A DNA stretch of 64,000 nucleotides from Zygnema circumcarinatum SAG 698-1b (taxonomy: Eukaryota > Plantae > Zygnematophyceae), in assembly GCA_037447605.1 (NCBI GenBank), contig CM074815.1:1488001-1552000 (forward strand), in the 5' to 3' direction. Below, piece after piece: positions 33,323 through 43,435 of the stretch (its first letter is position 1; every line of letters starts with the position of its first letter). The notes under the pieces were generated by a model, which saw nothing but the letters and a program-made list of their open reading frames with translations, ran no database searches and was not told the origin of the DNA. The position numbers and the translations under genes were made by a program.

Positions 33323-34409
33323 GGCCGGCGAATGAAAGCGAGCACGGGAGAGTGCGAGCGGCGAAGCGGGGAGGGAGCGCGCGGGAGGAAGGGGCAGAGA
33401 GGCTGCCCTAGAGGAGGGGAGAGAAAGAGGCCGCCATGCCCTTGCCGCTGCTGCAGGCAGCCATGCTGCTCTCCCTGCACGCCACGTGGCCTTGCAGAGC
33501 GCGCCGGCGGCTCGCATGGCGGAGGGAGGGAGAGGCGGACGGGCGGAGGGAGGCTGCGGACCTTTTGAAGATTTTGTGTCTCAGAAATTTTGATATTCAA
33601 AGTGTGATTGCCAAGTCAATACATTTAGAAATCCCTTAACTTTTTTTTCCCTTTTCATTGACGTTGATTTAAATAATAGTTTATTGTTTTCCCCCTCCAA
33701 TTGAATTTCTTCTTGATGATCGTCGAACATTTGAACAATTAAATATGGGTCTGACGGCTCCATTGTCTGAATCGTGGTTCGCATTTGAGACAGCGACGAA
33801 AAAGGTTCAAATGTTTCAATGGAAAAGCCAACTCCCAACTCTCTGATTCTCACGTTCAAAATAGTTTTAATTAGAATCAGACGAGAAACAATTGACCAAA
33901 ACCGTGTTCAAATGTTCGAAAAGGCTAGCTTTACAGCATCTGATGGAGCCATGAAACTGTAGAGGCCATAGGTAGAAGAACTTCACTTCCAGTCTTCACT
34001 ACCTTCACACATTCGTCTGTAACGCTCCTGCAACAGTGAACCCTCAAGCGTTTGCCTCTCCAAGAATGGGTGGCACTTTGAGCGAGTTCAAATTGTGGTG
34101 TGGAAGAGTATATCTGCACACCTTTTCCTTATTGCGAGTACGAAGAATCCAGTTTATTCAAAACAGCGAACACCTTCTTCGAAGTCTGCTTTCATGACAA
34201 GACCTGAAAAGTGCTCACACAATTGCTCTCCTCTCCCTTCTCCAGGACTACCCAACCATACCTCCCTCCCGCCACAGCCGTCCATCACCCGCACCTTTCC
34301 CCCTCTACACCCCCCCCCCCCCCACCACAGCTCGATCTCCCTTTCCTAGCCCTCCCAATAATCCTCACAGAAATAACAGAATACACATAGATACAGGAGA
34401 GCGGGTCCA

Positions 34410-37400
34410 CTAGCTCCGTCTCCAGAACGCGTTGGTGGAGTCCTGACTCGCCACTGAGAGAGACGCCATTTTGGCTGTAGACGAGCCGTGCGGTAAGGGA
34501 GGCATATCAGTAGCCTCCCGCTGCGGCAGCAGCAGAGAGTGGCTGGAAATTCCTGTCGACTTTGGAGCCGTGTGAGGGGGGGAACTGGGGGGGCTGCTTC
34601 CCTCCCCACTTTGGCTGTGAGAGGTGTCCTCGGAGGAGGAAGCTGCCTGTGCCTGAGCACAGGGGAACTCCTGGTTGAGTCGGCGTAGAATGAGTTCAAA
34701 CGAGGTGAAAGTGATTACAGCAGCCGGGGTGGTCCGGAGAAGGTTTGTAATGCAGCCTCTGTAGAAGCCATGGACGCCCTCCTCCTTTGATATCTGGAAG
34801 CTTGTGGACCCACAAGGTGAGACTTCTGTGCAAGTTTTGGGCTCACATGGGATTCATACTATGCATCGCATTTAGAGAATCTCACACTGTAATACCGCTT
34901 TAATCATCTTCGGGGTGAGCTTGCGAAAGTTAAGCAGTAGAGCTGAACTGCTATTTGAGAACACTCTTCAAGGAGCAAAACCACACAGATTCATTCAACC
35001 ATTTCCAGCTGACTAATTCCATGAACTCCCTTTAGTGGTAAGGGCCCCTAAACACCCTCACCTTCCGAATGCAGTCTACCACCCCGTGATATCGCAAGTG
35101 CTCCCCGATTGCTGCCTTGCCCTGCTCTTGTAGACGAGAACGAACCACCTGTTCCCCATCAAAGGAACAATCTTCGAGAGTAGGGGTCAGCAGAAAATGC
35201 GAACCAAGTAGGTACTATGCCCTGCGAGGAGGTCGAGGAAGGGGGGGAGGAATGGGGGAGAGTATGCGGCTCTTCCAAAAGGAGGCCCTAAAGTGAGCGA
35301 TAAAATATGGCATCCATGGCGAGCAGCTCACCTCATGAGGATATGTGAGCGTGGAAGCGATCACTTTGGAAACAGAAGAGGCTATGGCAAGCTGCCCGGG
35401 GCCAAGGGTCTCAGTCGTGGCATTGCCTTCACAATGCCCATTCTCCAACTCTGCAGCATCAGACCCAGCATGCAATAGCGATCTGCTATCTACATGGCCC
35501 GTAGCCAACATTGAAACAAGGGGATGATCTTTACGAGCAGCTAACAGGGTGCGTACTTCACCCTAAGCACAAAAGAGAAAAAAAAACCCAGAACAAAAAC
35601 AGAAAGAAACGTCTTCCAAAGCAATGCAGATTCTTCTGCCCAGCATGGGCAGGCATTCCTGCACCACCTTGAAGGTATGGGTGGGCGGGTTTATATGACA
35701 TACCACGATCAGCGAGATTCTGCTTGATGATTTCGTACACAGGGAACTGAATGGCCACGTGGCTGATGCCGGCTAAAGCTGGAAGCAGGCCGCTGCTCCC
35801 AACAGTCAGAGATGCAACATAGAAAACGTGAGAAAAGAAAGCATGAATCCCATCTTGTTCCTGTCTCATATTCTATAGCGACTGCACCGCTGTACCAAGT
35901 TTCCTGCATGAGAGGAGACAGAATAGTACGGGTTAGCGGCTGACAGACAAAAATAGGAATTGCAATAGGGCCTCACCTGTACAGGCCTCGAATACCCTCC
36001 TCTTGGGCAATCCTCTGCAGAGCAGAAAATGTGCCCTTGTACGGAATCATGTTCGGCCGGAGCGCTTGTGTCTGCCAACGAAAGAAAATTGTCCCAACCA
36101 TGAAAGGAAAGAACAGAGAAAGAAGAACAAACCATTACATCAAAGACATTCGAGACATCTTCCACACACTCTCAAATGCTATTAAGAAAATGCGGTAGGA
36201 TAACCTAATGGGCCGTCAGGCTGTCGTTATCCCAAGTCACAATGAATTCTGCATCTGGGACTCTGAGGAAACTAAAAGCCTCTGATTAATATGCCATTTG
36301 AATCTTGACCTTTTGACAGAGTGCAAGGAAATACCTGTAGTCTTGTCTTCACCACCCATAATGGATTGGTGACAAGAATTGTGGCTGCTCCAGCTCCGGC
36401 TGCCGCTAAAACATTAGCTCCCAAAGATATTCGTCGATGTTCTCCCTTGTTTTCCCTTCTCCCTTGATGGTTACCTACAGAAAATCCCCAAGGGGCAGAA
36501 AATGCGAATGACTCCAAGTCCTCAGCCCTGACTGCTTTCCTACAGACGAACTGAAAGTTATCAACTGATTACTGGGCATCCCTTCATAACATACAGACCG
36601 ACCGATAGTGGGAGTAAACTTATTACTTTTTACAATTTTTGTCAGGCAATAACCTCTAGAAATAAAGACTGGGCGAGTAATTTCTCTAGTCCACATCGCA
36701 AGTGAAATGAGAGCTATATGGCAGGCTGATGTACTCTCCTTCTCTTGGTTTGTACGGATTGAATCGTTAAAGCACAACTCGGCGTGAGACAGAAAATTAA
36801 CACAGCAGTCGCCGAATCCATTTTGCCGCCCTAGCTTATTTCAAGCTCAAAAGAACAAATACTTGAAGTCCACCAGTGCCTAAATCATGACGATGCCCAT
36901 GCATGGGCATTGCTATAGGGTTTTTAGGGTTTTTAGGGTTTTTAGGGTTTTTAGGAGGTCAAGAAAAGGAATTGTTCAGCAAGCTACCTTGATTGGCCTG
37001 TTCGGAATGAAGAAATCGTTTCAGGTGCTCATACACAGTAAAATACACCTGTACAGGCCGAAGCTATGCCAATGCTATGATCATCTCATACGGATAACGA
37101 GGAAAAAGAGTGTGCAGGCTGAAGGAAACTGAAACTTAAGATGCCAGAATCTCCACGTTGGAGCGAAATTGATTGCAATACAGTCCTAACCTCCAGTTTC
37201 TGGAATGCAAACACAGGGCAGCAGTTGAAATGAATAACAACATTGATGGAAACCGACCTTCAACCCATGTCTAACACCACCATACGTGGAACTTACCGCC
37301 CAATTTGGGAGAAGTGCGACCATCGTGGGAGACAGCCCCCTGTAAAGGCCTCTTACTCCCTCCTGCTTCCATATTGCTCCCAGACTTCCTGCAATAACTC

Positions 37401-38454
37401 CGCCCACTTGCGCTCCTTTGAGAGGCAAGCGCTGCACCTGCAGGCGCGTCTTTACCACATCGAGTGGGCAGACAAAGGTAGCCGCTACAGCTCCTGCGTC
37501 CCAAACGGATACGAATGATCATGTCAGTTGTAGCTTTGCCTCGCTTATCCATGAACGAAATATGCCGCATACTGTTCAGAATTAGACAGGAAAAGTTTTA
37601 TTCAGAAAATTCGACTCTCGAATAACCCCCCCTGACCTATGGCATGCCGGAGTCCCTGGATGAGATGGATTGCAGAATAATGCAGTTCCAGAGCATGCGC
37701 ATTCATAGAAGGAATTTAAAGACCGCCACTGAAATTGACAAGGCAAAAACTGAAGCTTTGGCTGCATCTGGCCATAGGGTTCACTACAGCATGTGCCTTC
37801 TCCGAACCTAAACCCATGAGAGGGAGGCCACCAGGCCAAACTTACACTCTAATCCTTCTAACCCCTTAGAAAAAATCGAAAGGAAACACAAACCAATCAA
37901 AGGTAAAAAGAAAGAAAAAAAAAAGTTCCAACCATAAGATACCTCGAACCGGTCTAGAAACAGGCACAGGCACAGGCACATTATCGGAATACACAAACCC
38001 TTGGGCATTTTCCATCCCTAACATTTGTGGATGAAATAGGGAGTCTTCTTTTATGAGGATGAAAAATTAGAAATACGAGTGGTCATACGCTCCTAAAAGA
38101 AAGGTTTAAAGGACATAATTCAGCTGTGCCGTCAGAGAACACATAGAAAGCCAGCTGTTTTCAGTCTTGAACTGCAGGTTGCGGATGTTTGAACAGCATA
38201 TCACTGCTCTTTAGCTTTTTATGCACATGCGAAGCTGTCTGGTTTTTACTGGAAAGAAAAAACAGAAGTTTCCTTCAATAAGCACCTGCTCCAGCTCCTG
38301 CTGCTGCGCTGAATAGCTTCGCACGCTGGTCGTCAGGTAGGTCAGAGAGCCAACGCTTCATCTTAGAGCTCCAAGAGGCTGCTCCTCCGCTCCTCCCTTT
38401 CGCCCTCTCGCGCTGCGACTCCTCTCCTTTCTGTCCTCTCTCTCTCTCACACAT
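34410..38454 (-). CDS. NDT1: Mitochondrial carrier family, NAD+ transporter (NDT1/NDT2-like), 9 exons
   Basis: Three carrier repeats: [40 protein letters not shown]; also [25 protein letters not shown] and [24 protein letters not shown]. Exons at about 38454-38286, 37493-37297, 37048-36988, 36475-36336, 36073-35979, 35792-35702, 35549-35332, 35147-35061, 34794-34410. Confidence 0.9.
36916..36955 (+). repeat. (TTTTTAGGG)x4 telomere-like micro-array in an NDT intron
   Basis: Direct inspection. Confidence 0.85.
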
Positions 38455-39071
38455 GGTCACACATGCAGCCTCTGAATTCAGAGGCTCTGCACGTTAGAGC
38501 CGGGAAGGCTAGCCCTGCAAGAGTAAGTGCAGCCCCTGCCCATGGCTGCTAACCCTCACTTGCTGTCGTATCACTTGACATCATCCGAAGCCATTGCAGG
38601 TAGCAGGACCTTCCTGCTGTTGCAGTAACGCGAAGCCCAGAAAGGGAAGCAGGAGCACTGATAGCAAGCTCAGCCCACCGCGGCAGGCGCACACAGACTA
38701 TGGCTGCGGCTCGCCGCCTCCGCAAGCGCAGCCATGGCGCCGGGTAGAGGCCAGGGGGGGGCGTGGCGGCGGCCTTCTTCTGCCACGTGGCGATTTGAAC
38801 GGAGCTTTACCCCGCGATTGGAAAGACTAGAGGCGGAGGCGGAGGGAGAGGCGGAGGGAGAGGGAGAGGGAGAGGGAGAGGGAGAGGGAGAGGGAGAGGG
38901 AGAGGGAGAGGGAGAGGGGGAGGGAGAGGGAGAGGGTTAGAGAGAGGGAGGCCTGCTGCTGCCTCATTGCAGGCCTCGCGGCAGGGGAGAGAGAAGGGGC
39001 CGGCTTCTCTCCCTCCATGAGAGAAGGCTGGGCAGCCTGCTGCGAAGACCTCCCCTTGCGCTCCGCCTGCC

Positions 39072-41786
39072 ATGGCTTCCAACGTACTTGGAAGGGCAGC
39101 TCGGCAGGAAGCTGCCATTTCACTACCTCCCATTCCGCGCCTGCTGGTGCAGTTTGCTTCTGCCACCTGGCAGGCTGCTAGCGATGGTTTCCACAGATTG
39201 CAGGGAGGAGACCCTGCCATGAGAAGGGCTCTGCTTTTGCAGAGGGAGATGGAGGAGTACTGCACTCTGCTTGTTCGCTCTGGAGACTGCCTTTCGGAGA
39301 TTGCAAGAATATCTCACACGCCATTAGAAGTTATTCAGCGAGTGAATCGCATCAAGGATGTTGAATGCCTCATGGTGAGCTCAAATGGCGACAATGTCTG
39401 AACGTGTAGGCTGAGGGAATTCCTGGTTTTGTATGCATCGTCTTGGTTGGAGGTGCTGTTGGCTGCCCTCTGGTAGTTTGTAGGATTAATAGCCACCAAA
39501 AGCTGCATTGACAATTCCTCTATACAGACGGTTTACATACTTCGTCGTGGTGATGGATTTGAGCAGGTAGGGCAGGTCCTTCTGATTCCCCGCACTCAAA
39601 GGCACGCAGTTTCGACTAAAAGGAGACGAGCTTTTTGTGAGTGCGAATAATTTCATCCATTATCGTCATCATTACGCATCACCTTGTATAAATGTGATTA
39701 GCTAGCTTACAGAGCCAGTGCATCTAGGCACCTGACAATTAACGAGAAGGCTGCCCAAGGCTTTCTCATTTTCTTGGTCGGTTCTATGAAAAAATGCAGA
39801 GAATATGGTATAAGATAAAAGCAGTGAATTTTATATCTACAAGAGCATCTGGAAGTGCTTGGTGCAAAAGATGGCATGCGGATTTTAACGTGAAAAGTTG
39901 CACAAAGCTCAGACTTTTGAACGTGGTAGCTTCGTCATTGGTCAGCTGAGGATGAGAATGCTTCCAAAGCAACTTCTGGACTCCAGCGCTGATGAATTTA
40001 GAGACGGGCATTCTGAGCGAAAGAGCTCTTTCATTAGACTTTGTTGACGAAGCAGCATCAATGAATCAATCAATGTGTCGTTTGCAAGTATCTCGAATCG
40101 CTGACTTAAGTAGAAGGCAGGCTGGGCTGAACCATTGTAGGTGCTAATAAGGGAAGAGCCTAAGTGCAATTGATATGAATCTCATTCAACTGACTCTACT
40201 TCCTTTGCTTTGTTGCTGTGAATTTGAGCAGGGCAGAGGCCGAAGACCAAGGAGCGTTGGGCAATAGCTAATTTGGGAGACTCGCTTTGGAGTCTTGCTG
40301 ATGCATATGATGTCTCCATTGACGATCTGAGGCAAGCAAACGGCCTCCCTCAGGTAAGTGGGATGCCTCAGCGAATAGGCACCTTCAGGCTGCAGCTGAA
40401 CATTTGGAAGAAGGAATAGAAAGCTGGACTTTGGAAACAATACCAAAGAGCACCACTTTCCATTCCTGAAACCTTAGGTTGCAAGTTTGTTCAGCAAGCA
40501 GTCTCTACACTAAGCCACTTTTAATATTCTCGCGTTGCAGGATTCGTCTCATTTAGATGTAGGACAGGAAGTCCTTATCCCTTTCCCACGCAAAGCAGCA
40601 GAACCGAGGAAAGTCTTGCCTGGAGGGGATGTATTTGCAGCATTGAAGCAGTGGAAACTAGACACAGCCTTGCTGGCTCTGCACTTTTCCATGCGTCCGG
40701 AAGTCTTGAAGGGTGTGCCCCTGGTGGGTAGCCCACACGTGATGCGGATCATGCCACTCTGGAAGCCGGAGTCTTTTTGTGTTCCTGTGAGCGGGGGCTG
40801 GCTCAGCTCTTACTATGGCTGGAAAGGTGGGCGCAGATTTTTCCCTTGCTCAGTTATCACTGCTATTGGAAGAAGGGGTGTGTTTTCACATTTGTGACCA
40901 CAGGACTGGGGGGTTAAATTGGACAATTGGCTAGGCAGAAGTTAGGAGACACATTTATGCACCAATTCTTCCTAGTGTAAGCATCAGGTGGTGCTTTTGG
41001 TGCTGAGCAGAGGAGGTATTGCCGCTCTAGAAATCAATATAGCGACATCAACGCCTTATTTTTCCATAAAGTACGCTTTCAGTCGATGTGTCCTTCATCC
41101 ATTGAGCACACAAAGTATGGATTTATATTGGCTGCCACTTTTATTTCAGTCTGCAGCATATTCATTTTGCACATGGTATTTAGCATAACGGGTAACTGGA
41201 AGAGTAAATTTGTTTCCATAGTGGACATTAACAAGCTTTGGACTCTGACTTGACTCAATCTTTCTTCTATGGTTGAAGAGAATCTGCATCATGGTAATTA
41301 TCTGGAATTGGCAGCTGGAATTGGATGCAGATGGACGCTACTACTTCCACAACGGTATTGATATCGCAGTGGAGGAAGGGACGCCAGTTGTAGCTGCTAC
41401 AAGTGGCAGAGTAAGTGCAGCTTATGTTTCATATCTTTGGGAAAAGTCCTCTCCCATGGCATGAGGAGAGTGTGGTTGTTTCCTGCTTGGACTTATCGCA
41501 GGTTGTTGCCCATGTTGTTCCGTTCTGTCCCTCTTTGCAGGTGACTTTCTCCAACTGGAAGGGGGGATATGGGAAGACGGTGTGCATGGATCACGGCAAT
41601 GGGTACTCCACTCTGTACGCGCATAACGACAAACTTCTTGTAAAGGCAGGGCAGCTCGTGAGGAAGGGCCAACCCATCGCCCTCTCCGGCAACACGGGGC
41701 ACTCCACAGGACCGCATCTGCACTTCGAGGTCCACCGGGAGGGACTGTCGATTGATCCGCTTGGTGTGATTCCACCCATCACCTGA
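39072..41786 (+). CDS. 2xLysM + peptidase M23 (LytM/NlpD/MepM-like) protein, 6 exons, 368 aa
   Basis: Exons 39072-39374, 39567-39636, 40232-40353, 40541-40826, 41331-41410, 41541-41786 (1107 nt, in frame). LysM1 LLVRSGDCLSEIAR...VGQVLLIP; LysM2 ANLGDSLWSLADAYDVSIDDLRQANGL...LDVGQEVLIP; M23 HNGID, GGYGKTVCMDHGNGYSTLYAH, GNTGHSTGPHLHFEV. Confidence 0.92.
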
Positions 41787-42156
41787 TCCTTTCTTCCTTC
41801 CTTCCTTCCTTCCTTGTCCTTATTGTCTTCCCCTCGTCCCCCACCTCACTTGGCGGCAGGCCGACTGGTCAAGCTTCAAGTGGCAGGTTGTACAGAGAGC
41901 CATCAAACGGTGGCAGGAGTTCATTATGGTCCTTCGGTTGAGCAGAGCATGGGCACGCCAATGTGCAGCTATCCTCTCCGCTCCGCAGAATGAATGAATG
42001 AATGAATGAATGCAGCAGCGTAGAGTAGAGAGGGAACGAGTGGCTAACTGGCTCGCTCGCTCGCTCGCTGTGGTGTCCTCCCTTTTGTTCCAGTTTTGAG
42101 TGAGACGGAGAGGGTCCCCCCCTTAGGCAGCCACCCCTCCTTAGCAGCCCCCAGTG

Positions 42157-42188
<32 letters not shown>

Positions 42189-42373
42189 CTGCCTGCAAAT
42201 TGTGGGCTTCCATTCTCCTTCACTGGAGACCCTAAGTTATGCAATTGCTTTACGCGAGGATCGTGTGAGCGTTTGGTTTTGATTGGACTTCAGAAGTTGT
42301 GTGAATGTGTTTAAACAAAAAAAAACGGGGAATAAAGTGCACTACTCCTGCCTGCTTGCTAAAATCCCTTACT

Positions 42374-42691
42374 CTAAACCTTAAACCCTAAACCCTAAAC
42401 CCTATCGCTTACTCCTGAACCCTGTGTTTTATCCCCTATGCCCTAAAACCCTAGACAGGAACCCCTATCCTCTAACCCTAAATCCTAAACCTTAAACCCT
42501 ACCCCCGACCCACTATCCCCTAACCCTACACCCCAAACCCTAAACCCTAACCCCTATCCCCTACACCTTAAACCCTAACCCCTATCCCCTACCCTAAACC
42601 CTAACCCTTAACCCCTATCCCCTATCCCCTATTCCCCATCCCCTGACCCTAAACCCTGACCCCTGTCCCCTAACCGTAAACCCTAAACCCC
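42374..42691 (+). repeat. Degenerate interstitial telomeric repeat (CCCTAAA-type)
   Basis: Multiple CCCTAAA / AACCCTA / CCCCTA variants over about 320 bp. Confidence 0.85.
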
Positions 42692-42842
42692 GTTATGGCG
42701 TGACAGCTCCTGGACCTGGAGTCCATCCACATCATCGTCAGGAAAAAAAAGAAATGCACTACTCGTGCCTGCTCTATGGGCAGCCAGCTCCGTTAGAAAT
42801 GGACCCAACCAAAGCCAATAGGCGCCGGCGAGGGTGGTTGGC

Positions 42843-42922
42843 GTGGATCTCGGTAGGTGGATCTCAGTAGGTGGATCTCGGTATGTGGATCTCAGTAGGT
42901 GGATCTTAGTAGGTGGATCTCG
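42843..42922. repeat. 14-bp minisatellite GTGGATCTC(G/A)GTA(G/T), about 5.7 copies
   Basis: Direct inspection. Confidence 0.92.
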
Positions 42923-43080
42923 CACATGATTCACCGAAGCCATTCCATGGAAGTCGATGGAGTTCGCCGTTGAACGACCTGTTAAACTCTTGTGTGGACC
43001 TAGTGGACCTTCAGTTTTCGCACAGTAGATCCCCCCCCCTTCTGGCGGCAGCCCGTGTCGTTTTTGGTCCCCCGGATCCA

Positions 43081-43300
43081 ATCCGCTCCGCGGCGGAAAT
43101 TCGGAATTCGGCGACGGAGCGGATAAAGCAGTGCCACGTGTGCAAGATTTTACACGTGACATGACGTCATTGGACGATGGGCAGGCGAGATTCACAGCGC
43201 AAACATTTCTGGTGACGTACAGTTTGCGCTGCCCTGAGTGTTTACTGTACGGGTAAGGCCAATCAGAGATAGTCACGTCAGCTAAAATTCCACGTGGCGG
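43081..43300 (+). promoter_or_regulatory. Proximal promoter of the CHY gene with a hairpin and several ACGT-core motifs
   Basis: ATCCGCTCCG...CGGAGCGGAT stem (43081-43124); GCCACGTG, ACACGTGAC, TGACGTCA, GTCACGTCA, CCACGTGGC and a CCAAT box. Confidence 0.45.
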
Positions 43301-43435
43301 GTCTTGATTGGGTTCCGGGAGGCAGGGAGACCCGCCTTGAGGGAGGCTGCCTGCCTGCCTGCCCTGCACTGTGGGCTGCGCCTCTGCAGGCGCTCGCTGG
43401 CAGCTGAGCGCGGGGGGGGAGGAGAGGGGGCAGAC

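Noticed and set aside
39072-41786. Bacterial contamination as the source of the M23 gene
   Set aside because: Five in-phase GT-AG introns and contiguity with eukaryotic genes, with no gap nearby.
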